NCBI GenBank assembly: GCA_030141605.1
Contig: JAQGDQ010000986.1
Span: forward strand, 8,911 to 72,910
Source of the DNA: Tubiluchus corallicola
Lineage: Eukaryota > Animalia > Priapulida
Direction: 5' to 3'
Length of the DNA: 64,000 nucleotides
The first letter of the stretch is position 1; every line of letters starts with the position of its first letter. A model generated the notes under the pieces. The model ran no database searches. It was given only the letters and a program-made list of their open reading frames with translations, and was not told the DNA's origin. Position numbers and translations under genes: made by a program. Below, in pieces: positions 24,401-38,170 of the stretch.

Positions 24401-27400
24401 CATGCTAGTGGCGTAGCTAGAGTTTGTGTTGTCCTGGCGGCACCTGAGTTTCCGCCTCTTCTCCCCCCGTGAAATATACAAGTTAGGAACTCAGTTTCAG
24501 AATTTAGATTACATCGTAAAGTTTGGAGGTGTGGCATTACTTCGTGATAAGCAGGGATGAGAATTTTCCGCGGATACGCGGAATTCCGAGTTTTTGGAAT
24601 ACCAGTAGTGCCATTTTTGTAAATCGCGTAAATTCGTTGAGAAAATTTTTACGGACCCAATACATTATTTCACAAACTGACCGCTAGTTGGCAGGCCGTC
24701 ACTTTGTTTACATCACGTATATCAGTGTAACCACGTGTATATCTCTATGTATAAAAATATAGAATCAATTTGAGTCAATTACAGACAGTTTTTATATACT
24801 TTTGCATAGGAGCGGCCAGTACTTAGGTGTTTTTGAGACAATTAGGTATCATGTATCCTTGATAGTTGGGTATTTTAAATTATGCATGAAACAAGGTAAT
24901 TGACATTTTAAGTCCACCTAGAGGCTCTCTACGGTCACAAAAATGCAATTTGTTGCTGGCTCCAAGGGGGCTTGCCCCCTTGAATATTCTTGGGGGCTTT
25001 GCCCCTCAACCACATTGGGGGCCTAGGTGGCCCCAAAACCCCTGGCCTGTTTCAGAGTTTTTTTACATTTGTCATTCTCATCCCTGAATGTGGAGATAAA
25101 TGGAAATATTATAAAGCAATTTCTTTATAAAGCAATAAATTCTCCCAGTTAAAGAAGTTAATGTGAGACAGCAGTTTGTAGTGAATAATATAAATGTTTT
25201 GCACACCTTCAACTTCAATAGTTGCTTGCTTCAATGCCTTTTCTATAGCTGCATAAAATGACTCTTTATTCGAAACTCATAACAAAAGATTGCTTTAGAT
25301 ACATTTCTATGTAGCCACATTGAAGGCATTTTGAACTCTTTTGTGTTTTCACAATTCAACGAAAGAAAAATCATTTGAAAATATTAATTTAATACAAACA
25401 ATTGAGAAATATTAATATTATATAATACAGGCAATATAGATAACTAAAAGAAAGTGAAATTATTGCGAAATTCTTATTCAATAGAGACAATATAAAAAGT
25501 GTAAAGAAAATTCATTTTGAAAATTATTATTTAATACAAACAATACAGAAAATTAACTAAAAATTTATTCAAGCTGGAGAGCAAAACGGTAACCATAGCA
25601 ACTGAAGAAGCTGTAAACAAGCAGCAAACACGTCAGTTTTGTGCAAACTTCTAGCGACACAAGTTTCCTCGTTACATTCGGGTTATTTTCATCAAGAGAA
25701 TCTGAGAAAAGAAAGTGTAATTACTTATAAAGTTACAACTAAGAACTGTAAGAAGGTAGTAAAAATGTGTTTTTATTGCAAAATTTGAAGATGAACTAAA
25801 TACAGGACATTTGGGTGTCCCTGAAAGGTCAATAAGGGATAGGGAACAAAATTATCAAATATGGCTATATTTGCCTGGCATCCCTAATCAAAACCCCATT
25901 TTCTTTAAGAGACTATGTCCTGCACACTGGCTTTGTTCAAAATGAACTAGACCTATTTTGTCACACATCGTATATACTGCTGTATACAATGTAGCAAAAT
26001 TTTCGATTCTAGTTTCGAAATGTTGCACTTCCGATCTCATTTACATTTTACTAAATTTCTCGCAGGTGATTACACTGTGATATGTGTGCCAGGTCTTGGA
26101 AATTCCAGTGAGAGCATTTACATAAGAACGTTCGTCAATTTTATGCAGAACTCGGGGTATCGTGTGGCTGTTCTTAATCACTTAGGAGCCTTGAAGACGG
26201 AAAAAATAACTGCTCCGCGATTGTTCACTTACGGTAAGTCACCAAATGCTGTAACTGCTCCGCGATTGTTCACTTACGGTAAGTCACCAAATGCTGTAAA
26301 TTTATCCTTATTAACTATTGGAATTTGGCACGTGGGAAATTTTAATTCAAACTAAATCCTCACTATAATATAAGCTTTTACAACCTAAAATCCTACTCTC
26401 ATTATGAATATTCAATTTATTTTATTATAAACTCCGTAAAACTTGCTTCTTTTGATTTTTTATTGCTTCGTTGTTAGTGATAATAAATTTGAAGAACCTC
26501 CATTTTTCGGTGCTCGAGACAAATGCTGTAATGAGTACAGTCACGAGGTCACCGAATATCGGTTAACAAACATTGGTAAACAAAGACCCTTTCTGTACCT
26601 CGTACGTCATTCTCTCTCACTCGTACCAAAGACATGGCGATTTTTACAGCAACGTGTGCGTTTGAAATTTGCCAGAAAAAGGTAAGTTATTTAATTTATA
26701 AGTCTCTTTGTTTAATAATACCTGTTAATTATTTGTATAATCATAATAATGTGTCAAAAAACTTCATGTTTGTTGGGTTATACAGGCCTTTAAGAGTTTG
26801 TAATGCAGTGTCTGATTAAATACTAAACTTCATGATTGCTTTCTTAAAAAGAACTTCTGACCACAGTTGTATCAGAGGCTTGTCAGTTCTAAGTGTTCTG
26901 GTAAAGCGAAACGTACTTACTGTATATAATGATTTTAAGAGTAAGGCTGTCGCACGGGTATTGTAAGATGAATTTACTGTGCTCCATTCTATTCTTCATT
27001 GTAACTGCTTCATTTTGGAATTCTATAAATACAGGAGGTACAGAAGAGCTTCGCAAGATGATCCAGACCGTCATGGCCCTATTTCCGGGAACCGTTCTCC
27101 TGGGTGTAGGATTCAGTATGGGTGCCAATATCCTCTGCAAGTACCTAGGAGAAAATGATAAACTTGCAAAAAGGTTTTTGTGTGCCATGTCCATATGCCA
27201 AGGATATGATGCTGTCAAGTATGTGTAACCATAGCAACAGTGTATTTGGTACTTACAATAGCTTCTAGTTTTAACGGAAAACAGGATGATTTTTCATAGT
27301 ACATCCCATTTTGAAATCCTTTAAAGGATGATTTTTCATAGTACATCCCATTTTGAAATCGGGTAAAAAGTATACATTTTAATGCCTATAATTATGTCAA

Positions 27401-28093
27401 AGCATTTTCGATCATTGCATTATGGGTTAAAACTATAATTAATGGCTGGTGAGCCCAGCTAGTGACAACAGTACAGCTGACCATAATTTTCAACAGCACA
27501 AACATTCCACGAGTGTGTACACGTGTTTGCGAAAGCGAAAATTGAAGTATCGTGCTACTGTACAACTTTCAATGTGATTTACAAAAACCTGCAAATTTAA
27601 GTTTAAAATTCAAATTTCAAGTTTACCATGCTCACGCATTTGCTCTCGAAAGTGTGCACTACATCACAACTGAACAGAGAGGTACTTCGCCTGTTTTTGT
27701 GTAATGAATTTTCTGAGTTGTATGCACTAATGCCCGTCTAACTAGCGAATGTCAAAAGGCACGAGCAGCAAAGAACTAATCACGTGAACATGAAGATTGT
27801 CTTGAGCTATAGTTTAAGATGTGGTGCTGGTTTCCTTTAATAACCATCATACAAGATTTCTGAATTCGTAAGCGTACCTTTTTTAAATGTTAACACGATG
27901 AATCAACTTAACATTTTGGCAGAAACCTTGCTCAAAATGTGAACATTTCTTTAGAAACCTTACTCAAAATGTGAACATTTCTTTACTAATTAAATTCTAT
28001 GATTTTTGCATATAGTTGGTTGTATATTTATGCATATATATATAAATATTATATTATATTATATTATATTATATATATTATATTATTATATAT

Positions 28094-28133
<40 letters not shown>

Positions 28134-31100
28134 TAAATACTGTACCAGCGACTTTTGAATTGTAAAAGATGCATCTATTTATCTTCCAAAAACATTTCAT
28201 TAAAGATTATAGTTTTTCTTAAAAACTTGCGAAACTGAATACCAAGGTTCCCGCGACTCAGTTTTTACAATTATAAACGATGCCTGCTAAGTGAAAACTT
28301 CAGAAATTTAACCCTTTCACTACAGAAGGCGGCACACGGCTGCCCAAGCTCAGCACTAAATGCAGTCACCCAGGTCTGTCCATTTCACTGCTACAGCCAT
28401 GCAAAACATTGTAGAAAAGTTTAACAGCCCTGGGATTGAGATTGCTTTGCAATGAGTAACGCTAACCAGCCAATCAGCGTCTGAAGCCAAGTGCATTCCA
28501 TAATACTGTACTGCATGGTATGTTCCCATGCAAAATCACTTACCGATCGTTGACGAAACGTATGTTTAGTTTATTGTGCTACATTGCCATAAATTGATTG
28601 CATGTTATGGATGAGTATTGTGCCTTTTGTGATAACTGGTTTCTAAATACAAGTACATGCTTATATATGATGGTGTGTCTGTGCGAGAGAGTGCGTGTAT
28701 GTGTGTTCATGTGTGGAAATAAAACTAATATTCAATATTAGTACTCAATAAAGAATAACTATTTCTTTATTTACAAGATTCTGTTTTAGTAACACACCAC
28801 AAGAAGTTATTGCGAAATGTGCAAAAGTCAATGTGGCCCAGTTAAAAAGCAACTACGTAGTGAAAGGTTTAAAGAACTATAAAGCACAATTATTTCCTGA
28901 ACTGAAATTTCTTCCATATTTGGTGAATTTCATTCAGGTACAGTTGCCTACATTAGAAACATTAATTAACTACCTTAGGTAATTGAAAGTAATACTCTTC
29001 AAATTGCACATTTTCAGAGCGGTGGGATTGCTGATGCGGTGGGAAAACCTGCGACGCGGTTACATATGGGCCATGACGGAAAACATGAAGAAGATCCTTC
29101 GCCGTCATGAGGACGTGATGAACAGCGAAGAGGCTAGACAGCGGTGTCCGTCTATAGACATTTCACACGCCTTAGCTTCAACTTCACTTGTGAGCTTTGA
29201 TGAACATTTCACCAGGTGAGTTTAGTACAACAGTAATGCCAGCATGCAGCCCGGCCGCATAATTAATGCCTGTAAGTTTGAAACGGATTCGTATAAAAGG
29301 TTGTGAATAAAATTAAGACATACGATAATTGTTATTAACTGTTATTATTATCATGACTGCAGTAATAATGATCTTTTTTTTCAATAGACTTAACCTTATT
29401 TCTTTGATATGTTGCGATATCAGTGAGTTTTAAATTCAAGCAGTGAAGTCGTACGCAGTTTTATTCCTAATACTGACATCATTTTAACTTCAAATATTTT
29501 TGCACATTGTGAACATGTGTTTCAAACTTGCTTCAAATGACCTGTCGTCAAAATGGCTGCATCTAACGGTCATCGCGGGATTTAAATTTTCATGTTCTAT
29601 ACAGTGTTACTGCCGATTGAACTCCTGTATGTAAAAGGCAGAATGTAAGTGATATAAAATTTCAAGTCAAATTTTTGAAGCTTTGTGTTTCTGACGGGTT
29701 TTCTTGTGCTTTAATCGTCACTGTGGGAGTTTAAATATGCAAGTTTTCTACAGCGTTACTGCTAATACAAGCTTTGTTTATTTACAGAATGATAGACTGA
29801 TTTGTTTAATACAGATTTTGCAAAAACGTTTCAACATTTGATATTGAAAACCATTTCAGTGCAGAGCCCACAAAGTGCTATTTAGTAATTGTAAAAATCT
29901 ATCCTGCAATACACTTTGTCACATTTTAGACACTCTGTGTCAGTGGTTCCCAGACGGCGAGCCCTTTCAAGAACCCTACATCATATCGCGACCCCACGAG
30001 GAACATAATCACATGTTATACTATTAAACATACTATACTATTCAACAAATTATTGAAAAATAAGTGATTGTTTCACTAATTATTAATATGATGGTTGCAC
30101 TTGTTTCTCAGCAACCAGTAATGCTACGGCAATAGGTATCCAATGTAAAACGAATAGCAACATGTTTTTGGGCAGTGTACACTGTACACAAGTGTACAGC
30201 ATGGAACAACGTGCATTTTCATATTTACGAAAATCAAACACTGGTATGCCGCATTTAGAGTGGGAAAAACCCAATTTCACTTTCCAGAACAAAATGATTT
30301 AATGAGAGACTGAGAAAACAAGACCTACTTACATACATTTTGTGAAAACAGCATTTTTTAAAAATAGTTTTTGGACTAGCCTACTACCACGAAAAGTGCT
30401 TGGCGACCCCACTTGGGGTCGTGACCCCAAGATTGGTAACCCATGCTCTATGTCATTTCACCAGTTGTTGTTACAAGATGTGTACGAGTGTAAATTTTCA
30501 TCTATTCTGTCTTGGTTTAAAGCAGCATCCTCACGTTTCTAAGCAACATTTTCAAGGCCGCTTTTACGTAAAGTTATGCATCAGCATCGATATGAATCAT
30601 TAAATTATATTGTTAATTTAATATCAAATTACAGCCTGTTTTTCCCATTTATGAGTTTAAATAACCTGCTTTTGTCATTTGTTTCTTTGAAGCATTGAAG
30701 CCTGTTTGCTATTCATTAATCAAGCTTTGAAATTTTCGTTCATTTTAATAAGAAATAACGATGTAATTATTATTATTCAATCTTTAAGCATTGAAATTAT
30801 TTCATTAATATTTGCTTATTATTTTTGATGAACAAAGTAAAAATTTACACTGGGTTATGAAAGTAAATGACTGAGTTAACCCATTTCTGTGATGATGATG
30901 GTATCGTTATGCTACTGTAGTTGTCACTGCTAGCTGTTAACCCTTATCCACACATTAAGCACAAATTAAAGACAAACTAAACCCTCACTTTATAAGCTTT
31001 CACAACCTAAAATGCTACTTTCATTACGAATATTCAATTTATTTTATTATAAACTTACTGTAAAACTTGTTTCTGGTACACTTTTCTTGGTCCACTTGAC

Positions 31101-33350
31101 CTTTGACCTACAGGAACAACGAATCTGTTAAAAGGCTTACTAAGTGCTTTTCGTTTCTTCAAATCTTAAACTAAGGGAACTAAGGGGCCATTCACATATA
31201 TCGATACCAAGCTTAGAGTAGGCAGGTGGCAGGAGATGTGATAACACCATTATAATGCAAGGAAGTTAGTGTCTCGCTTGGCGCGAGAGTCGTAGCGAGT
31301 TCGCTGTAGTGTGCGCATGTTGGAAAGTAGAGAAGAAGAAAGTAGAGCAGAAGAATGATGACGTAAAAACACGGCTGAGTTTATTATTTTTGAATTTAAC
31401 GGCTAATAACGCAGCTAAACCATAAAGATTGAGTTACTTTTTAATTTCTAATTAAATGGCCGCTATGGCGTCACAGGTAGGTTATTTAGTTCATGATATC
31501 ATTTTTTCACACGTGTGTACCAGCAGCAGATGAGCAGGGATGAGAATTTTTCGCGGATACGCGGAATTCCGAGTTTTTGGAAGACCAGTAATGCCATTTT
31601 TGTAAATCGTGTAAATTCTTTGAGAAATTTTTTACGGACCCAGTACATTATTTCACAAGCTGACCGCTAGATGGCAGGCCGTCACTTTGTTTACATCACG
31701 TACATCAGTGTAACCACGTATGTATCTCTATGTATAAAAATATAGAATCAATTGTGCGGAGTTATTTGAGTCAGTTGCAGACAGTTTTTATATACTTTTG
31801 CATAGGAGCCGCCAGTACTTAGGCGTTTTTGAGACAATTAGGTATCATGTATCCTTGAAAGTTGGGTATTTTAAATTATGCATGAAACAAGGTAATTGAT
31901 ATTTTAATTCCACTTATGGTCTCTATGGTCACAAAATTGCAATTTGTTGCTTCGCCCCCTTGAACCCCCATGTGGGCCTACCCGGGCCCCCGAACCCCCG
32001 GCCTGTTTCAGAGTTTTTTGCAATTTGTCATTCTCATCCCTGGATGAGGAAGAGGAATCTGCAGAATGTAGGATGAGAATACATTCAGTGAAGAGGCGCG
32101 GCCAGCAGAATTATGGGATTATTTGCCATTAAATAACACAAGTGATGTTTTGTTACTTGTTCTCGGGAGGAGGAAGATTAAAATGTACAAAAAGCTACAT
32201 CAACTGATATCAATATCAATGTAAGGGATAGGTAGGTGGTGGTGATACGATAGCGCTATTATAATGCAAGGTAGGTACGTCCTTGAAATCGGCCAAAAAC
32301 TTGATATCGTTATATGCGGATGGCCTCAGTGAGTGCAATTCAAGAACAAAAAACCCCCAGTTAACCTTAGTACTAAAATTTCTAGTTGGTGCTGCAGAAT
32401 GGCACTAAAATTTTAGAGCTGATGTTGAATGTCACTGAAATTTTAGAGCTGCTTTAGGGAGTAATGTTTGATCCTGTTTGACAGTTTAGGGAGTAATGTT
32501 TGATCCTGTTTGACAGTTTAGGGAGTAATGTTTGATCCTGCTTGACAGTTTAGGGAGTAATGTTTGATCCTGCTTGACAGTTTAGGGAGTAATGTTTGAT
32601 CCTGCTTGACAGTTTAGGGAGTAATGTTTGATCCTGCTTGACAGTTTAGGGAGTAATGTTTGATCCTGCTTGACAGTTTAGGGAGTAATGTTTGATCCTG
32701 CTTGACAGTTTAGGGAGTAATGTTTGATCCTGCTTGACAGTTTAGGGAGTAATGTTTGATCCTGTTTGACAGTTTAGGGAGTAATGTTTGATCCTGTTTG
32801 ACAGTTTAGGGAGTAATGTTTGATCCTGTTTGACAGTCATTAAAACAGATAAACAAATTGCTTTTAAACTGCATCATTTTTGAATTTTCATGTGCACATA
32901 TGATATTTTACTGCTAGTTTAGTGTGCATTTACTATTAATGGTATTATATTGTGCATATGTTGTGGAATTTAGAAGTATGGATGATTTTAAAACTAAGCA
33001 CTCATTTACATATGTACTTAATCTTTTTTACAGACGGTTAGCTGGCTGTGATAGTTTAATAGATTACTACAGAGACCACAGCTGTTCACGAGTTATACAC
33101 AATGTAAGCATTTAAATGATTTTACATAACTTTCTATGGAATTTGTGCAAACTATTAATTTTCAAAGATGACGATGATGCTACTGCTGCTGCTGATCATG
33201 ATGATGATTGTGGTAGTGATGACAATGGTTGTGGCAATGGTGATGACGATGACGATAACGACGACGATGATTGTGGTAGTGATGGTAATGGTTGTGACAA
33301 TGATGATGATGATGATGATTGCATTAGTGGTGATGGTAATGGTTGTGACA

Positions 33351-33393
<43 letters not shown>

Positions 33394-35392
33394 CTACAAC
33401 AATAGTGACAGTGATGATAACAATGATGTTGCTGCTGATTGCCGATGCCATTACGACTTAAAGGTGTTGTCAGAAGAGGTTGTCTATTGTTGGTAATAGT
33501 TGTTGGTCATAAAATTTCATTATTTATTCTTGTATTTAGATATCAGTGCCATTAATGTTAGTTAATGCTGAAGACGACCCCATTGTGCCGGCAGAGTTAC
33601 ATTCCTGCGCCTATGAATATGTTGGTGAGTATGTTTTATTTGTTGACAGCTTGTGTTTTTGTTCCGCAACTTATAACTACTGCAACAATCTGTTATGTTA
33701 GCTTAATGTGCTAGTTTTCATCACCTACCTAGGAGAACTTGAAGGCGGCGTGGTGAACCGATGGCCTCGGTCAGAGACTTAAGGACACTGGACATCAGTC
33801 AGTTTTTTTATTTCCATTCAAATCTTCATAGACCTTTGAGTTTCATTCATTTCTTTGCCGCAAGTATTTAGTCATTGTGGGCTACCCGTGTATCTGGGGT
33901 TATAAAAAACAGGGATTTTTAAGTGGCTAGAAGTTGCAGTGAAAACAGGGAGACTTGCAGAACCTTAACAGAAACAAAACTTTCTGAAACAAAGTGTAAG
34001 ATGAGACAAAATAGTTTTTTGGAACAGGCGAAGATAAACAAGATCAAGGGATTCATCATAATCTTCAGAGCATGTATAAGATTTGTTTAACAAATTTGTA
34101 GTGAGAATCACGTGTACTTATGCAAAATAATACGCAGGTGTATCATAAGCTATCTGTGCTAAGCCTAGACTAATCAAATATATTTAGTATCAGTATAGTG
34201 CCCCACACACATCACTGTGATTATCATATAGGTAAAATATTTGTTTATCACATGTGTACAAATGCTTAGTAAATAGTTTTTTTCGCTTCATAGAATTTAC
34301 AACTAAATTTGTATATCTGTGTATACCTTGTGCAGCTATGTTGAGTCAAATTGTTAGTTACCCGAGTTCTGCCCGCTGATAAAACCATCGGGTATGCGTC
34401 GAGTTTGTAATTTTCGTGTTGGAAATTTGATTTTCAGAAATAAAATATCTATCTAGGTTGTGAATTTAAGGTAATTACCCAGTCATTTTTTATAATTATG
34501 AAAACTAACAACGTAAGCAGAAATGAACTATTGAAATCGAATACACCAGTTTTTAGGCAACCAGTTACGTGAATTAATTCATAAAATGCATTAGATCTCA
34601 CCAGACTACGGCTACATAAGGTGAATGACATTGTGATAAGATTGTCCGAAAAGCATTATGGGATGTCTGTGCCTGCTGTATGTGCTGTGGTGTATGTTCC
34701 AATCTGACTGACGAGCTTCTACATGTTTTGTGTTGTGTATTTTTTGTATGTTATTTATTATACTATTACACGAGTCCAGAATGCCCAGAATTTGTGTAAC
34801 AGGAAGCTCTTGTATTTAAAATCGACCACACTTTTACTTAATTTGTTAATTGTTTTACAAAAGCTGCTGAAATATCACTTTTACACATGTTCCAAAGTTG
34901 TTGGTGAAGCTGGGCTTTTACTTTAATATAAATAGTTCATAATAAAAACCTATGCCAAATAACTGACTGCTTCTAAATGTACATGCACCACATGTGCATT
35001 TTGTGAAGTACATTGTTTTAAATTTGATGTATTTCATGTTGTTTTGCTGTATGTGTTATAAATTTTACAGAATTTTCTGTTTATTACTTGTCTATGTATA
35101 ATAGGTTTTAAAATGCTTATGTAACTGCAAATTCGAATTGAATTTTCAGCTGTGCAAAGTGAATCATGTATCGCACACGTATAAAATACATTATGAAATA
35201 TTTATGTAAACTATTCCACTTTCAGAGAACCATGACCATTCTATATTTGTATTGACTCGACATGGCGGACATTTGGGTTTCTACGAAGGTAGCCTTTTAT
35301 ATCCACTGCCAATTACCTGGATAGATAAAGTTATTCTACAGTACTGTGATGCTAACATACAGCTGAAGAAAGCTGAGAAAACAAGGCACTAG
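21490..35392 (+). CDS. ABHD2: Abhydrolase domain-containing protein 2 (monoacylglycerol lipase ABHD2), about 401 aa
   Basis: Exons 21490-21647, 24155-24330, 26066-26233, 27035-27218, 29018-29215, 33034-33103, 33540-33624 and 35226-35392, all GT-AG and in phase. N-terminal TM; WGRSGHLQT; PGLGNSSESIYIRTFV; AVLNHLGAL; nucleophile GFSMG; LVNAEDDP (Asp); HGGHLGFYEG (His). Colinear with vertebrate ABHD2. Confidence 0.95.
23380..23900. repeat. Dispersed ~500-bp repeat; second copy at about 27270-27800
   Basis: Shared blocks GGAAAACAGGATG.TTTTTCATA, CATAATTTTCAA, CACGTGTTTGC.AAAGC.AAAATTGAAGTAT, GAGAGGTAC...CCTGTTTTT. Confidence 0.7.
24552..25086. mobile_element. MITE with CAGGGATGAGAAT TIRs, copy 1
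   Basis: TIRs CAGGGATGAGAAT / ATTCTCATCCCTG; body nearly identical to 31535-32042. Confidence 0.88.
26207..26296 (+). repeat. Perfect 45-bp tandem duplication spanning the donor of ABHD2 coding exon 3
   Basis: TAACTGCTCCGCGATTGTTCACTTACG|GTAAGTCACCAAATGCTG at 26207-26251 and 26252-26296. Confidence 0.97.
28312..28868. mobile_element. piggyBac-like MITE
   Basis: TTAA (28308-28311) + CCCTTTCACTAC ... GTAGTGAAAGGT + TTAA (28869-28872). Confidence 0.75.
29941..30445. mobile_element. hAT/Charlie-like MITE
   Basis: Ends CAGTGGTTCCCAG / TTGGTAACCCATG; 8-bp TSD CTCTGTGT (29933-29940) / CTCTATGT (30446-30453). Confidence 0.8.
31184..32327. mobile_element. Harbinger-like MITE interrupted by a nested MITE
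   Basis: Imperfect TIRs GGGGCCATTCACATATA / TATATGCGGATGGCCTC, left flank TAA; family assignment is inferred. Confidence 0.5.
31535..32042. mobile_element. MITE with CAGGGATGAGAAT TIRs, copy 2
   Basis: Same TIRs and body as 24552-25086; flanked by a GATGAG direct repeat. Confidence 0.88.
32453..32837. repeat. 32-bp minisatellite, about 12 copies (TTTAGGGAGTAATGTTTGATCCTGYTTGACAG)
   Basis: Directly visible array in ABHD2 intron 5. Confidence 0.96.
33165..33450. repeat. (GAT)n-rich low-complexity tract
   Basis: Trinucleotide runs inside ABHD2 intron 6 (33104-33539). Confidence 0.9.
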
Positions 35393-37338
35393 ATGGAGTT
35401 AGTAATACATTCTTGTTTTACCCCAGGAATAAATTTGTATTTTTCCATTAGAATCAAATTATCAAATGTTTTACTAGCCAAATGCAAATTTTCTTCTGCC
35501 ATAAATGTTTTGAAGATATTTATTCTATAAGATTATTTGTTGTCAACCAACAATCTGTGTGTCTTTGTAATGCGCCATCTTGCATTTAATGCGACATTTA
35601 TATGTAAAAAAATCTTACGATGATGTCAATGAATAGGCCACTGCCAATTTTGTATATAAAATTCGTAACTGTAGTTGAGTAGCAGTCACACAGAATTGTG
35701 ATCTAGTTCATATTATAAAGATATATTATTGTTTTGTTATTGTATTATAAATGGCAGTTTATTTAAATTTGTTAAAATGAGTTATAAATGCCACGCTTCA
35801 GATGTTGTAGTATAATTTATAAATAGACTATTTGTTTTTGAAGGCAGATATGTTCTGGGTTAGTGGTGTTTGTATTGTAAACTGTGATCTAGTCATCTAG
35901 TCTTGCAATTTGTAGTTAGAAATTATTTTGACTGAGTTGTCTACTTTTTGTGCTTGCTAGAATATGTGAAAATAAACAAACTACTTTTGTTGAATATTTC
36001 TTTCTTTTGTTTCTTGGTGGCACGCCTTATACACAGGTATAGCAAGTCAACTGTACGCTAGGGCGTATTTAAAAAACTTTCACTAATCTTTTTGGAACAC
36101 CCACTTATGGAGGCTTGTGAAAATGTTTGCTTGCAAATTTTTAGCTTCATTGAATATTGGGAACATGTGTCTCAGCACGTTAGCTTATTCACATATTTGG
36201 CATATTATAGAGTCTTATTGTTTATCACAGAAAATGAACAGTTTTTGGACAAAGCTTTAGAACTTTACCCATCTGAAGGGTTCACAAGAAAATGTTCTTA
36301 TACAAAATTTTAGCTTTTTTCAATGTTGGAAACATGTCTCCACATAGCAGCACACTGGTACATTTTGTATTTTTATATACAGTGGGGTCAATATAATGAA
36401 CAAAATAGCCCTACTTCTATATGATGCAGATAAATGCAAGTTAGATAGGATGATAAGTTGTACAAGAAAATTTATGTGTTCCAGTCACCAAATGTAGGAA
36501 TTTATCTGTCATTCATCTATGACAAAAAGACACAGAGATGCAACAACCCAACTACTGCAAAAAGTTGCTACACAGACAAAACACTTTTACTACTGCACAA
36601 ATCAACTTTGAGATGAAGTTCAACGCAGAGGCAAATTAACAGTACTATTACGCTGAGGAAGTCATTCATAGGGGAAAGAACAGCACACGTTGTCTGAAAG
36701 GCCACCATACACTTTTGTAAATTAATTTTGTTAGTAAACAAAAAAATATATGTTTGAAAATTAGCACAGATAAACTAAAACCTTTGGCAATCTCGTTTTG
36801 CCAGATTAGATGAAAATCTGCAAAGAACTACTGCACTAGTAGGCATTACTGTTTTCGCTACCTTCTTTCAAGGACCTCAAGAGCCTCGGAGACCAGTCTA
36901 ATGACAAGTCGGGAATCTTCCATTTAGTAAATCTCTTACAGCCCATGAGTGGTGAGGAAAGGCTTCGTCTCGTTCAAAAACTACATTGTTAATAGTGTGG
37001 TGGGTCCATTGCTCTGAATTTCTGCTGAATTTGGTGAAATTTTTGATCGAAGGACCTTATACCAGGTTGATACTACGCCTCATTTCTAACATTACTGTGG
37101 TTGTCATGGCAACGAGTTTTCAGTTAGTCAAAAAATAAATTGAAAAAATATTGCTAAAGGCCTCCTTTGATTCTGTGTAAGGACCTGCTGAAATCGGAGA
37201 AGCATTTAAAAAGGAAATTGGCAATCAAAGTGTATAAGAACACAATTACACGACATAAACGTGCGTAACACATCACAACAGAACAACATTATGAGTAAAA
37301 ATAATTCGTTGTATTGGTTGTGTATAGCCGATTATTGG

Positions 37339-37564
37339 TGTTTTAGGGATGGCAAAACTATGAAGAGTCTGATTATAAAACTACACGTTTATTAAACACC
37401 AAACACAATAGATATAACAGATAGTAATGCCAAGCCCCTGATCTAGCTTGCTCTGCTCCGGCTCCCGGACTCGGTCTAATCTCCTGAGCTGGGGGCATCA
37501 CAAGGCTTATATATCGTGCGCGGAGCTTTGACACCTCGATTCTGAATCACTTACTCACGTGACA
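37339..37564 (-). mobile_element. Possible LTR remnant
   Basis: On the minus strand: purine-rich AAGGAGTGG, then TGTCACG...TATATAA...AATAAA...AAAACA (TG..CA ends). No TSD, no partner LTR and no internal ORF seen. Confidence 0.35.
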
Positions 37565-38010
37565 CCACTCCTTAACTGGCTTCATGCCAGCATTCATCAA
37601 CATAATTATCTATCATAATCTAACGCTTTTGACATAATTTAACAGGCCCTCTTTACTTTATGTAACAGAACATTTCATTGCATATAAATATTGCAACAAA
37701 GTTCATTCTGCGGGCATGGATCTGCATTCGACAAAGAATTCAGAAGAAAGCCAACTAGAGATTGATCTTAGTACTGAAATACTGTGCTAGATGCTGAGAA
37801 AAGTGTTCAATACCGTCCATATTGTCATATTTATTTTATAATGAAATTTCGAAGGGCATTGAAAGCAAACAAATTGATCTCACGGTAGGCCACTGTTTGA
37901 TTTGTATAGGAGAGATGTAGGTCCTACATTGTAGGGCTTCAATTGAATATAATATTCGAATCGGATGGTTTTATACCACTCACGCTACCATAAAAAAGTC
38001 TGTAATTAAC

Positions 38011-38170
38011 TTAAAGGACAAGAAAGGGGGCAGTTGAAGTAGATTTTAGAAAAATCGCTTTAAAAATTTTTACTACTTTACAGCAATTCTATACATATAT
38101 GGTATTCGCGTTGAAAGGAATTTTCGTTTGTCTTCATCTTAAATCTCCCGCAATACTGTACCATTACATG
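38011..38170. repeat. Kolobok-like element end; inverted copy at about 44690-44843
   Basis: TTAAAGGACAAGAAAGG...TAAATCTCCCGCAATACTGT matches the reverse complement of ACAGTATTGCGGGAGATTTAA...TTTCTTGTCCTTTAA. Confidence 0.6.

Noticed and set aside
33116-33496. Asp-rich or poly-Met/Ile ORFs
   Set aside because: A (GAT)n tract inside ABHD2 intron 6; the flanking exons join in frame without it.
35393-35530. About 45 open codons after the ABHD2 TAG
   Set aside because: Poor context (TAG-A), T-rich UTR-like composition, and the protein already ends about where vertebrate ABHD2 does.
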